This document shows positions 41,656-51,972 of a stretch of 64,000 bases of DNA, one piece after another. Source of the DNA: an uncultured Planctomycetaceae bacterium (lineage in GTDB: Bacteria > Planctomycetota > Planctomycetia > Isosphaerales > Isosphaeraceae); the NCBI GenBank assembly GCA_963833985.1, contig CAWIAD010000002.1, positions 4,224,001 through 4,288,000 of the forward strand. Direction: 5' to 3'. The notes under the pieces were generated by a model, which did no database searches, was not told the origin of the DNA, and saw only the letters and a list, made by a program, of their open reading frames with translations. Within the stretch, counting starts at the first letter, position 1, and each line of letters begins with the position of its first letter. The position numbers and the translations under genes are program-made.

Positions 41656-42720
41656 ATGGCAAAACGCGTCGTTCTGGCGATGAGCGGAGGAGTGGACAGC
41701 TCGGTCGCGGCGTGCCTGCTCAAGGAGCAAGGGTACGACGTGATCGGCCTGTTCATGCGCACCGGATCCCATGCCATGGATGAAGAGCGGCGGGCGAAGA
41801 CGTGCTGTAGCGTGGCCGATGCACTCGATGCCCAGCGTGTGGCCGACCGGCTCGATATCCCATTCTACGCGCTCGACTTCGAGCACGAATTCGGGCGCAT
41901 CAAGGATTACTTTGCCGACGAATACGTGGCCGGCCGGACCCCGAACCCGTGCGTGATGTGCAACATCTGGCTGAAGTTCGGCAAGCTCTGGTCCTACGGC
42001 AAGCAGGTGGGCGCCGAATTCGTGGCCACCGGACATTATGCGCGAGTTGCACGCTCGGAGGATGGAACGCTCCGCGTCGCGCGGGGCAAGGACCTCGCCA
42101 AGGACCAGTCCTACGTGCTTTTCGGTCTCAGGAGCGAACTGCTGCCGCACGTCCTTTTCCCCGTGGGCGCGCACAGCAAGGCCGAAATTCGAGCGCTCGC
42201 CCGGGCCCACGGCCTGCCCGTGCACGACAAGCCCGAAAGCCAGGAGATCTGCTTCGTGCCGGATGACGATTACCTCAACTTCGTCCGGGAGCACAGACCT
42301 GTTGAGGATCGCTCCGGGCCGATCGTCGACACCGAGGGCCACACCCTGAGCACACACAGCGGCATCGAGGGCTTCACCATCGGCCAGAGGCGCGGTCTTG
42401 GAGTCGCCCTCGGATCGCCTCGCTATGTCGTCCAGATCGAGCCGCTCAGCCGTACGGTGACGATCGGACGCCGCGAGGACCTGCTGCGCTCCGACTTGCA
42501 TGCGCGCCAGTTCAACTGGCAAGGGCCCGAGCCGCCCGCCGCCGTCTCCTGTCTGGCACAGGTTCGAGCCCATCATCAGGCCGTTCCAGCAACCGTGACT
42601 TCTTTGCCAGGCCAGCGAGCCCGAATCGCTTTCGAGACATCCCAGCCGGCAATCACTCCCGGCCAGGCCGTCACAGTGTACCAGGCTGATCTTGTGCTTG
42701 GGGGAGGATGGATCGAATAG
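41656..42720 (+). CDS. mnmA: tRNA 2-thiouridine(34) synthase MnmA
   Basis: AMSGGVDSSV, GRTPNPCVMCN, ATGHYAR, KDQSY, ESQEICF, TIGQRRG, TPGQ. Confidence 0.97.
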   Translation: MAKRVVLAMSGGVDSSVAACLLKEQGYDVIGLFMRTGSHAMDEERRAKTCCSVADALDAQRVADRLDIPFYALDFEHEFGRIKDYFADEYVAGRTPNPCVMCNIWLKFGKLWSYGKQVGAEFVATGHYARVARSEDGTLRVARGKDLAKDQSYVLFGLRSELLPHVLFPVGAHSKAEIRALARAHGLPVHDKPESQEICFVPDDDYLNFVREHRPVEDRSGPIVDTEGHTLSTHSGIEGFTIGQRRGLGVALGSPRYVVQIEPLSRTVTIGRREDLLRSDLHARQFNWQGPEPPAAVSCLAQVRAHHQAVPATVTSLPGQRARIAFETSQPAITPGQAVTVYQADLVLGGGWIE

Positions 42721-43039
42721 GCCGTCTCCCACTATCGCTCATGGCCTAGACTTGATCGGATGGAGTGGATGCCGGGTCCCGTGCGTCGCACGCTTGTCTC
42801 ATTGTGTGCGCTCGTGCATGTATACACTAGCAGGATTACTTGCAGAGATCTGGCCGGTTGGCTATCTTCATTTGCCAGAGACATTCAAGGCAGGTGGCCC
42901 GGAATCCCGCTGACTTGACTCCTCGTTGAATCCCACCTGAACGCATGGTTGCCCGGCCCGGCAAGCGCCGGGCGGTTTTCACTGGTTATCGTTGATGTGG
43001 TTCACAAACACTTCTTGCCGGTGAGGGTTTGACGCTTTG

Positions 43040-44194
43040 ATGCGGAGTATCACGCTGATCATTCCGGCATCCGGGACGGAGTTGCCCGGAGATTCCGAGA
43101 TTAACGCGTATCACGGTGTGCTTGCGGAACTCGCCGATGGGGGGACCGTCGAGCTCGTGATTGCCGGGGAGACCACGTCGCCGTTGCCGGCCGACGTGAT
43201 CCATGTGTCCGGCCTGAACCGCGGTACCATATCCTCGGTTCGAGCCGCGCTGGAGGCAGCTTCCGGCGAACTGGTTGTCGTGGTGGATGCACGCAGAAGC
43301 TATCCCGCGGCAGCAATCAAGGAGGCCGTGACCGGTTTGCTGGCGTCTGACGCCGACCTGATGATCGCGGTGCCACGCCGGCAGCACGGGCGTTCCTGGC
43401 CCGGCGCGCTGGCCCGGCGCGGTCTGGGCGTGCTGAGCAAGGTTGTGCTCGGCACCTCCGACACGTTCTCGGGTCTACTGGTCATGTGGCGCGACCGGGT
43501 GAGTGAGCCTTCAAGTCTGCGCCACGCCAGCGGCTCATGGCTGGTTCTTGATGCGCTCACCTGGCCGGGGACTGTCCATCGCGATGTCGCGGTGGAGGCC
43601 GGGCCCACTGGCGGTGCGCGGTTGCTCCCCATCGAACTCGACGATTTCAAACAGCTCAAGCGGGTGCTGGACCACCGCTTTGGAATGATGTCTCGGCTGG
43701 TGCAGTTTTGCATGGTCGGGGCATCGGGCATGGTGGTGGACCTGTCGCTCTATGCCCTGCTCCAGTGGCTCTTCGCCCGCCTCTGGAGCACGGCCTCGGG
43801 GACACCCGCCATCGGCCTTTCCTGGCAGCTCGCCACGGCCGCGGCGCTCTCCATTTTCACGGCGATGGTCTGGAACTTCACACTCAACCGCAGGTTGACC
43901 TTCAATGACTCCCGGGGCGGATCCATCCTCCGCCAGTTCCTGACCTATGCCCTGGGCAATGCACTGGCAATCGCGGTGAACCTGTCGCTTCGACTCTACT
44001 TGCCGCACTCCGTCGGCTTCTTCGCGCGCCACCGCCTGGCGGCGGCAGTCGTTGGCATCGTGGTCGCGACCGGGATCAGCTTTTCGATGTCGCGCTGGAT
44101 CGTGTTCATACGCCGCCCCGCGGCCGCGGTACCGCTGGGCCGTGCTGCGCTGCCGGCCGGTCCGGTCCTGCACGAATCCGCCGTGCTCTCCTGA
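43040..44194 (+). CDS. Degenerate GT2-like domain fused to a GtrA-family flippase domain
   Basis: C-terminal RLVQFCMVGASGMVVDL...WNFTLNRRLTF (GtrA). The N-terminus resembles a DPM1-like GT2 (SDTFSG) but is divergent. Confidence 0.75.
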   Translation: MRSITLIIPASGTELPGDSEINAYHGVLAELADGGTVELVIAGETTSPLPADVIHVSGLNRGTISSVRAALEAASGELVVVVDARRSYPAAAIKEAVTGLLASDADLMIAVPRRQHGRSWPGALARRGLGVLSKVVLGTSDTFSGLLVMWRDRVSEPSSLRHASGSWLVLDALTWPGTVHRDVAVEAGPTGGARLLPIELDDFKQLKRVLDHRFGMMSRLVQFCMVGASGMVVDLSLYALLQWLFARLWSTASGTPAIGLSWQLATAAALSIFTAMVWNFTLNRRLTFNDSRGGSILRQFLTYALGNALAIAVNLSLRLYLPHSVGFFARHRLAAAVVGIVVATGISFSMSRWIVFIRRPAAAVPLGRAALPAGPVLHESAVLS

Positions 44195-44385
44195 AACGCC
44201 GCGCTGCATCCCGGTGCTCGTCGTCCCCGACACCAGGAAACCCCGCGATAGGGCGGTCGGGTGCCCGGCCACGCTTGCCTTTACTTGTCAAGCAGCGATT
44301 CCGATAATCAAAGAGCGTCCGGTCCGTGAGCGATCGCGCCGCTCGTTACCGGAGCGTCGACGGGATCGCCCCCAGGAAATCGATC

Positions 44386-45801
44386 ATGAGCACAACGGAA
44401 ACCGAAGCGTCAACTCACGCAGCACCGTCCCCGGCAACTCTGACAGCGACCGCGACATCCCACGATTCCTCGACCAGCCGATCCTGGCTGCGTCCGCTCA
44501 TCTTTCTGGCCGTCATCGCGGCCGCTTCCGGCGGGGGATATTATTACCTGACGGCCGGGGGAACCAGGCCGCTCGATGTCCGGCACCTGGTGGATTCCGC
44601 GCTCCAGCTCGTGAACCCGGGCAAGCACAAGGAGGCCACCAGCGGCCCGGTTGAAGTCAAGGAACGCACGCCCTGGGACGGCCTGGTAAAGATTGATGAT
44701 CCCCAGGCCAGGACACTCGGCCTGGAATCTGTGCAGGTCCTGGCACAGAAGCAGCCGCTCCGGCTGGAACTCACCGGGCGGACCGCCTACGATCCGAACT
44801 CGCTGGCCAAGGTCCGCGCCCGGTTTGACACCCTGGTCGAGAAGGTACACGCCGAGCTGGGCCAGCTCATTCACAAGGGCGATGCCCTCGTGGACATGAA
44901 CAGCGTGGACCTCGCTGCGGCCAAGAACGACCTTCAAGCCAAGTACGTCCAGTGGCAGCGCGACCTGCGAGTTCTCAAGCTGCACGAGGCGCTCACGGTC
45001 TCCGGCGCGGTCTCTCAGCAGACTTACATTGACGACAAGAACGCGGAGAACAAGAGCAAGCTGGACTATTACCAGGCACGCGAGAAGCTGAAGATCCTCG
45101 CGGTGCCCGACGCGGACGTTGATCCCCTGATCCACAACCTGGGCGATCTGCCGAATATTGGATCGCCTCCCGAGATCATCGCCGACAAGGCCAAGATGAC
45201 GCTCCGCTCGCGAGTCGACGGCATCGTCATCCAGCGCGAGGTCGTGCCCGGCAATTACTACGACGACATGGACGTTCTGATGGTCATCGCGCCCATTGAC
45301 CACCTCTGGGTTCTGGCCAACGTGTACGAGGTGGACCAGGCCAAGGTCGCTGTCGGCCAGCAGCTGGAGATCCGCTTCCCGTTCTTGCAGCAAACGCTTC
45401 AAGCCACTGTCGAGTACGTCTCCAGCGAGGTGTCGCGTGAGACCCGTGCCGTGCAGATACGGGCCTCGATTCCGAACCTGGGTGGAAAGCTGAAGTCGGA
45501 CATGCTCGTGAAGGTCGTGCTGCAAATACCGCCCCTGAAAGGCCAGACGGTGATTCCCCGGCTGGCCCTGGTCGTGATCAACGGAACTGAGTATGTGTTC
45601 GTCAAGAAGAATTCCGGGAAGTCGAGCACCGTGGGGATGTTCGAGCGCAGGAAGGTGTCCGTTGCGCAGGAGAATAGCGATTTCGTGGTCATCGCCTCCG
45701 GCCTGGAGGCAGGCGAGTACGTTGCGACCAGCGGTAGTTTGATGCTGGCCCAACTTTACGAAGACCTCCAGATGGTGGACACCGGCCTGCCCGTCGAGTG
45801 A
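44386..45801 (+). CDS. RND efflux periplasmic adaptor (CzcB/CusB-like)
   Basis: N-terminal TM; LRSRVDGIVIQREVVPG, LWVLANVYE, ETRAVQIRASIPN...LKSDM, SGLEAGEYVATSGS. Confidence 0.88.
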   Translation: MSTTETEASTHAAPSPATLTATATSHDSSTSRSWLRPLIFLAVIAAASGGGYYYLTAGGTRPLDVRHLVDSALQLVNPGKHKEATSGPVEVKERTPWDGLVKIDDPQARTLGLESVQVLAQKQPLRLELTGRTAYDPNSLAKVRARFDTLVEKVHAELGQLIHKGDALVDMNSVDLAAAKNDLQAKYVQWQRDLRVLKLHEALTVSGAVSQQTYIDDKNAENKSKLDYYQAREKLKILAVPDADVDPLIHNLGDLPNIGSPPEIIADKAKMTLRSRVDGIVIQREVVPGNYYDDMDVLMVIAPIDHLWVLANVYEVDQAKVAVGQQLEIRFPFLQQTLQATVEYVSSEVSRETRAVQIRASIPNLGGKLKSDMLVKVVLQIPPLKGQTVIPRLALVVINGTEYVFVKKNSGKSSTVGMFERRKVSVAQENSDFVVIASGLEAGEYVATSGSLMLAQLYEDLQMVDTGLPVE

Positions 45802-46013
45802 ACCGGCAGGGGGCAGGTGAGCCTCCGCCTCGCGGGAGGCCAGATTCGCCGATCGTGGCGCCGTCCGGCAGGATTGCCGGCCGCTTGACCTCCTGTTTGA
45901 CCCGCCACTTCCCGCGGAGTACCATCCGGTCAGGAGAACCATGCTGAAACCCTTTGACATGCGCCTTGCTGTTCCCAGTCTCTTGGGTCCCTGTGACGAA
46001 AGGGGTTTGTGCC

Positions 46014-46337
46014 ATGCCTCTATATGAGGTGGAAACCACGTCCCATATCATGATCGCGTGTGCGGATGACGCGGACGCCGCCCGGGATTTCGCAGCGACG
46101 AACTACCCGGCCGAAGAGATCCTGCACGTGACACACCGCCCGCGCGACGCCTGGGTGATCTCGAAAAAGCTGCTGGGAATTCAGGCCGACGCCGACCTCT
46201 GCCAGACCGCGCGTGACTGTCTGGCCCGGGCTTCCGGCGATAAATTGCACGCCGTCCGCCTGTACATGCAGGCGACCGGGACTGACCTCGATGGAGCCAG
46301 GAAGGCCGTTGAATCGAACATGTCGCGGGGCTGGTGA
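46014..46337 (+). CDS. Small conserved Planctomycete-type protein with L7/L12 C-terminal-like motif
   Basis: AAGGGG RBS. MPLYEVET...RPRDAWVISK; C-terminal KLHAVRLYMQATGTDLDGARKAVE. Confidence 0.75.
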   Translation: MPLYEVETTSHIMIACADDADAARDFAATNYPAEEILHVTHRPRDAWVISKKLLGIQADADLCQTARDCLARASGDKLHAVRLYMQATGTDLDGARKAVESNMSRGW

Positions 46338-46667
46338 ACGCGCTTTCTGGCGGTTCAAGTCCGGGGCCTCGTCGCCGTGGCCCTGGTGAGGCAAGGCCGT
46401 TTCTTGCGCACCTGGTGCAGGTGCCGGTGCAGGAGCGCGGCACGCTGGATCCCCGCGCATGAGCGCACGGCATCCGGAGGTCTGGCATGGCCGAGCGGTT
46501 CGGCTCGGAGCGCCTGGCGGCATCATCGCCATCTTCTCGCCCTGAGGTGAAAGTTGGTGTACGATACGATCAGTGAAGACAGGCACAGGCCTGGAACGTG
46601 CTGGTGACTGTCACCATGGCGTGTTCACCAACTTTCCCCACCAAGTGACGAGCGAAGGAGCGGTTCC

Positions 46668-47954
46668 ATGCCTCGGGTCGTGTCGCTGATCCTGGGCGGA
46701 GGGCGGGGTACTCGTCTGTTTCCGCTCACCAAGTCGCGCAGCAAGCCGGCCGTGCCGATTGCCGGGAAATATCGGCTCATTGATATTCCCGTGTCGAACT
46801 GCATCCACTCTGGTCTGAACCGTATCTTCGTACTGACACAGTTCAACTCTGTGAGCCTGCATCGACACATTTACACAACCTACAAGTTCGACCCGTTTTC
46901 CGGCGGTTTCGTGGAGATCCTGGCTGCGCAGCAGACCATGCAGCACGAGTCCTGGTATCAGGGCACTGCCGATGCCGTGCGCCGCAACATCCCTTACTTC
47001 ACGGACAAATCATATCAGCTTGTGCTGATTCTGTCGGGAGACCAGCTTTACCGGATGAATTTCCAGGAGATGATCCGCACGCACCTGGAGAACAGGGCCG
47101 TGGTCACGATCGCCGCCCTGCCGGTTGCCGAGGCGGAGGCAAAGGCGTGCGGCATCATGCGCATCCAGGCCGACGGCCGGGTGATCGACTTCGAGGAGAA
47201 GCCGAAGACGCAGGAGAAACTCGGCCGCGTCCGAACCGATATCGCCTGGCTGGAGCGACTGGGGCTGAAAGCCAGCGGCCGGCCCTACCTCGCCAGCATG
47301 GGGATCTACCTGTTCAACGCCAGCACGCTCGTGGAACTGCTGGAATCGAGCGATGCCACCGATTTCGGCCACGAGATCCTGCCCCAGACAATCGCCAACC
47401 AGCGTGTGCAGGCCCACCTTTTTGACGGCTACTGGGAAGACATCGGTACGGTGGGGGCGTTCCACCAGGCGAACATCGATCTGACGCACGACGTTCCCTC
47501 GTTCGATTTCACTTATGGCGAGCAGCCGATCTTCACAAGGCCAAGGTATCTTCCCTGCTCGCGCATCGGCGGCGCCGTCGTCAAGAACAGCCTCATCTGC
47601 GACGGCTGCATCATCGGCCGCGGGACGTTGATCGAGAACTCCGTGATCGGCGTCCGGTCCATCATCGGCGGCAACACCACCATCCGCGATTCCTACCTCA
47701 TGGGTACCGACTACTACGAACAATCCGACGAGCTCGCGGAGAACGAGCGTCTGGGGAGGCCCGCCGCCGGCATCGGTGCGGGATCGGTGATCGAGCGGGC
47801 CATCATCGACAAGAACTCACGCGTGGGCCGCAATGTCCGGGTGATCAACGATACGGGCATTGTGGACTCGGAGGAGACGGCCACGCACGTGATCCGCGAC
47901 GGGGTGACGGTCATCCCCAAGGGCGCAGCCCTGCGCGACGGACTGGTCATCTGA
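46668..47954 (+). CDS. glgC: Glucose-1-phosphate adenylyltransferase
   Basis: LGGGRGTRLFPLTKSRSKPAVP, TQFNSVSLHRH, WYQGTADAV, YWEDIGT. Confidence 0.97.
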   Translation: MPRVVSLILGGGRGTRLFPLTKSRSKPAVPIAGKYRLIDIPVSNCIHSGLNRIFVLTQFNSVSLHRHIYTTYKFDPFSGGFVEILAAQQTMQHESWYQGTADAVRRNIPYFTDKSYQLVLILSGDQLYRMNFQEMIRTHLENRAVVTIAALPVAEAEAKACGIMRIQADGRVIDFEEKPKTQEKLGRVRTDIAWLERLGLKASGRPYLASMGIYLFNASTLVELLESSDATDFGHEILPQTIANQRVQAHLFDGYWEDIGTVGAFHQANIDLTHDVPSFDFTYGEQPIFTRPRYLPCSRIGGAVVKNSLICDGCIIGRGTLIENSVIGVRSIIGGNTTIRDSYLMGTDYYEQSDELAENERLGRPAAGIGAGSVIERAIIDKNSRVGRNVRVINDTGIVDSEETATHVIRDGVTVIPKGAALRDGLVI

Positions 47955-47993
47955 TTCCACCGTCGGGCAATCACCCAAAGCACCGGAGAGACC

Positions 47994-49013
47994 ATGTCCA
48001 TGAGCGAGCGGGCCATTCGCGTCAAGGAATTGCGCAAGCAATACCCGGGCCGCGATGGCCCGGTTCATGCGGTCAACGGTATCGACCTGGAGATCGACGT
48101 CGGCGAGTGCTTCGGGCTGCTGGGACCCAACGGCGCCGGCAAGACGACGACCGTCGAGATTCTCGAAGGGCTGAACCAGCCGACCTCGGGCGAGGTCGAG
48201 GTGCTGGGACTGAACTGGGCCCGAGCCGACACCGCGATCCGGGAACGCATCGGCGTGACACTCCAGGAGACCCGGTTCCCCGACAAGGAGACGGTGCACG
48301 AGCTGCTCGTGGTCTTTCGCAGCTTTTACCGATCGGGGCTGAACGTCGCTGACGCCATCGCGCGGGTCTCGCTGGAGAGCAAGGCGAACGCCCTCGTCGA
48401 GCAGCTCTCCGGCGGCCAGCAGCAAAGGCTGGCAGTTGCCATCGCTCTGGTGGGCGACCCCGAGCTGCTCTTCCTGGACGAGCCCACGACAGGGCTGGAC
48501 CCGCAATCCCGCCGCCAGCTCTGGGAGGTCATCCGCGACCTGCGCGACCGTGAGCGAACCGTGCTCCTGACCACGCATTACATGGACGAAGCCGAGCGGC
48601 TCTGCGACCGCGTGGCCATCATCGACCAGGGCAAGATCATCGCGCTGGGTTCGCCTCGAGAGCTGATCGCCCGGCTGGGAGGCGACCATATCGTCGAGTT
48701 CGCGATCGACGGCGACGGCGTCGCACTCAAGCCCGCCATCTTCTCGGGCCTGGACTCCGTGCTCTCGTCACGGGCCGAAAACGAGGGTTTCGCGCTGACG
48801 GTCGCCGAGCCGCATCGAGCGATCCCCGCGCTGCTCGACGAGCTCGAGAACCTGAGACGGCCGCTGGCGCGCCTGACCACCCGCCACGTCAGCCTGGAGG
48901 ACGTCTTCGTGTCGCTCACCGGCAGGCATCTCCGCGACGACGGCATCGAGGAGACGCGCGGCCTGAGCCTCGGGGGCCGACGCAGAAAGAACCGGAGCCG
49001 GCCCACCTCCTGA
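47994..49013 (+). CDS. ABC-2 type exporter ATP-binding protein
   Basis: GPNGAGKTT, LSGGQQQR, LDEPTTGLDP, TTHYMDEAE. Confidence 0.93.
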   Translation: MSMSERAIRVKELRKQYPGRDGPVHAVNGIDLEIDVGECFGLLGPNGAGKTTTVEILEGLNQPTSGEVEVLGLNWARADTAIRERIGVTLQETRFPDKETVHELLVVFRSFYRSGLNVADAIARVSLESKANALVEQLSGGQQQRLAVAIALVGDPELLFLDEPTTGLDPQSRRQLWEVIRDLRDRERTVLLTTHYMDEAERLCDRVAIIDQGKIIALGSPRELIARLGGDHIVEFAIDGDGVALKPAIFSGLDSVLSSRAENEGFALTVAEPHRAIPALLDELENLRRPLARLTTRHVSLEDVFVSLTGRHLRDDGIEETRGLSLGGRRRKNRSRPTS

Positions 49014-49088
49014 GTTCTTGTTGGAGTGCGCTCGAAGCCCGTGCCTCCATGAACGGTGCAACGTCCTTCTTCCCCGAGAGTTCCTGGA

Positions 49089-50192
49089 ATGCTGCGCAAT
49101 TCTCCGTTCTTCCAGCTCTATCTAGCCCGTCTGCGCGAGTTCTGGCGACAGCCCGCGCGCATCTTCTGGGTGTATGGGTTTCCGACCCTGCTGGCCGTGG
49201 TCCTGGGCTACGCCTTCCAGAACCGCCCTCCCGCGCCGATTCAGGTCGACCTGGTGGACGGGCCCGGCTCAGCCGCCTTCACGGAGGCAATCCGGATTCA
49301 CAACGATCGTCTCGCCGCGAGCAGTGGTTCCACCGGTGACCCGCGAACCACCATCCTGCCCCCGGTTTCCTTGACGGTGAGCGGCAAGGATCTGGCGGAC
49401 CGGCGGCTGGACACGGGCAAGACGGTCCTGGAGATCATTCCCGCGAGCGCCACGGAGTGGTCTTACCGCTACGATCCCACGCGGCCGGAAGCCACCGCGG
49501 CGCGGCAGGTCATCGACGATATCCTCCAGGAGGCCGCCGGCCGCCAGAATCCACGGCAGCCCAGCGATATCCAGGTGACCGAGCCGGGAACCCGCTACAT
49601 CGATCGCCTCATTCCAGGACTGATCGGTGTCAACGCCATGGGCGGCGGTCTCTGGGGGATCGGCTTCTTTCTGGTGAACCTGAGGATCGGCAAGTTGCTC
49701 AAGTGCTTCATTGCCACCCCGATGCCCCGGCGCGATTTCCTGGGCGCGATCCTCGCCTCCCGGCTCACGTTCCTGATCCCCGACGTGTCAATCTTGCTGC
49801 TACTGGGGGTGCTCGCCTTCCACATGCCGACGCGGGGCAATTTGCTGCTCTTCTTTCTGATTGATGTCATCGGCGCACTGGCTTTCGCCGGCATCGGCCT
49901 GCTGGTCGCCAGCCGGGCCACCACGACCGAGACCGTGAGCGGCCTCATGAACCTGGTGATGCTGCCGATGTACCTGCTCTCCGGCGTGTTCTTCGCCACG
50001 GAGAACTTCGGCAAGGCCGCCCAGCCGTTCATCCAGGCCCTGCCGCTCACCCAGCTCGTCAGCGCTCTTCGGCTCGTGCTGCTGGAGGGCGCCGACCTGT
50101 TCCACCATGACATCCTCAAGGCGATTGCCATTCTGCTGGCCTGGGCCTTCGGCACGTTCTACCTGGCCCTGCGGCTGTTCCGCTGGAACTGA
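49089..50192 (+). CDS. ABC-2 type exporter permease
   Basis: REFWRQP...FWVYGFP, YIDRLIPG, LSGVFF, ALPLT, LRLFRW. Confidence 0.9.
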   Translation: MLRNSPFFQLYLARLREFWRQPARIFWVYGFPTLLAVVLGYAFQNRPPAPIQVDLVDGPGSAAFTEAIRIHNDRLAASSGSTGDPRTTILPPVSLTVSGKDLADRRLDTGKTVLEIIPASATEWSYRYDPTRPEATAARQVIDDILQEAAGRQNPRQPSDIQVTEPGTRYIDRLIPGLIGVNAMGGGLWGIGFFLVNLRIGKLLKCFIATPMPRRDFLGAILASRLTFLIPDVSILLLLGVLAFHMPTRGNLLLFFLIDVIGALAFAGIGLLVASRATTTETVSGLMNLVMLPMYLLSGVFFATENFGKAAQPFIQALPLTQLVSALRLVLLEGADLFHHDILKAIAILLAWAFGTFYLALRLFRWN

Positions 50193-50876
50193 ACGCGTCT
50201 CGGTCTCGCTGTCGGTACGAGATGTTCGGAATTGCGGAGCCGTGAGCACGCGGTTCAGGTCATGCCACCATCCCGACGGAAAGCTTGTGGCCGCGAGCGG
50301 CGGTACATCCACCTCGCACAGCAGGTGGCCCAGGAACGTCGCCTTGGCCAGGATCTCCACGTCGAGGAACGAGGATCGAGATTGCAGGGGGATCGCGCAG
50401 AGCTGCTTCCGCCGGTGCAAACGGCAGGGCGAATGGATGTCGAGGACGGGAACGGCGAAGACGAGTTTCCGCGGCAGGCTCCCCAGCCAGCGGAAGACGC
50501 CCGTCCATCCTCCGGCCGGGCGCTTGCCGACGACATGATCGGAGCGGTCGATGGCCTCGAGCAGAGGTCCCAGATGCCCGGGAGAGAATGGCTCGCCGGC
50601 CGTCGTGATCAGGACCAGCGGGTGTGCCGCCTGGCCCAGCGCGGAGCGTAGCGCATCGCTCAGCCGTGAGGCGGCGTCGCTCATGTCGATCGTCAGGGCA
50701 TCCGCGGGCCTGCCCATCGAACGCAGCTGAGTGATGATGGACGTCACGATCGCGTCCGCACTTTCGCCCGGTAGCGTGGTCAGCAGCAAGACCTGAACAC
50801 CGGCATCGCTCACCGGGTCGCGGTGGATGTGGGCGGAGTAGGGATCGGCGGGGTCGAACGTCTCTTCCTCGCTCAT
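50190..50876 (-). CDS. Degenerate GT2-fold protein; 3' end uncertain
   Basis: DHVVGKR, PVLDIHSPCRL, SSFLDVEILAKA, EVDV resemble GT2 motifs, but there is no DxD. The ORF as given runs antisense into the permease to 49800. Confidence 0.6.
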
Positions 50877-51778
50877 TCAGCCTCCCAGAGCCGGCTCACC
50901 CGCCCGGGAGCTGCGAGGGCCGCCGGCCAGCCAGTCGCGCACGGCCGTCCGGTAAGCGGCTTGAAGTCTGCCGCGATCGCCCCGGGCTTGCCCGAGCCGA
51001 TGGGAACGGCATCCAGCGCGATGACCGAGAGCACCTCCGTGGTCGTGGCCACCAGGAGGAGCTCGTCGACGGCCCGCAGGTCTTCCAGCGTCACCACGGC
51101 GGTGGCAAATGGGAACTTCATTGCATCGACCAGGCGGAGGACGAGCTGCCGGGTCATTCCCGGCAGGATCTCATGACCTTCTGGCGTTGCCTCCATGCGC
51201 CCCTGCCTGACCCAGAGTAGCGAGGTGTGAGTCGCTTCGGTCACGTGGCCGCGGTCGTCGAAAAGCACCGCCTCGTAAGCGCCGGCGCGGTGCGCGGCCT
51301 CGATTGCCAGGACGTTTGGCAGCAGGTTCGTGGACTTGATGTCACACCGCTTCCAGCGCAGGTCGGGATGGCTGATCATCGGCACGCCGGTCTCGCGCAG
51401 CCGCGCGGTGGGCTCGTCGTCGTACGGCCGGACGATGATCACCTCGGTGGGAGGGACCGGCGGCTGGGGGAAAGGATGCGACCGCGGCGCGACGCCGCGG
51501 GTGATCTGGATGTAGAGCGTTCCGTCCTGGACCTGGCTCGCGGCAATTGTCTTGTAGGCCCGCTTCATCAACGCCACAAGGTCAAGAGGTGGAAATTCGA
51601 GCTCACCCAGGCTGCGTTTCAGCCGCGCCAGGTGTTCGTCTTCCAGCCAGCATCGGCCTTCGTAGAGCCGGAAGACTTCGTAGACCGAGTCGCCGAAGAC
51701 GAAGCCCCGGTCCCAGACCGAGACCCTGGCCTCCTCGACCGGCATGATGGCACCATTGAGGCAGGCCAGAACACGCAT
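50877..51778 (-). CDS. Class IV PLP aminotransferase (D-alanine aminotransferase-like); probable frameshift ~50970
   Basis: DRGFVFGDSVYEV, YIQITRG, RWKRCDIKS, ILPGMTR. The shifted frame gives the typical RLQAAY tail. Confidence 0.88.
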
Positions 51779-51972
51779 CGCTCACGGTCCTTTCCTTTCC
51801 ATGGGAAGCCGCGGACCGTCACGGGGGGACCGCATTCCGCCAGGATAATCGTCGCGGCCTGGTCGGGGCAATGAGCGCGAACCCGGCGGCCGTGGAGCGC
51901 AAAGAAAAATCCTGCTCTCCCCAGGGGCGGAAGAGCAGGATGCCCAGATCATGCCAGGTTAGACCGTGCAGC

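Noticed and set aside
42560..42575. GGTTCGAGCCC T-loop-like motifs suggesting tRNA (also ~43238 and ~12353)
   Set aside because: All lie inside protein-coding genes and have no cloverleaf context.
42951..42980. GC hairpin gcccggc/gccgggc followed by ggttttc as an intrinsic terminator
   Set aside because: The U-tract is weak and the site lies 230 nt from the mnmA stop; support is insufficient.
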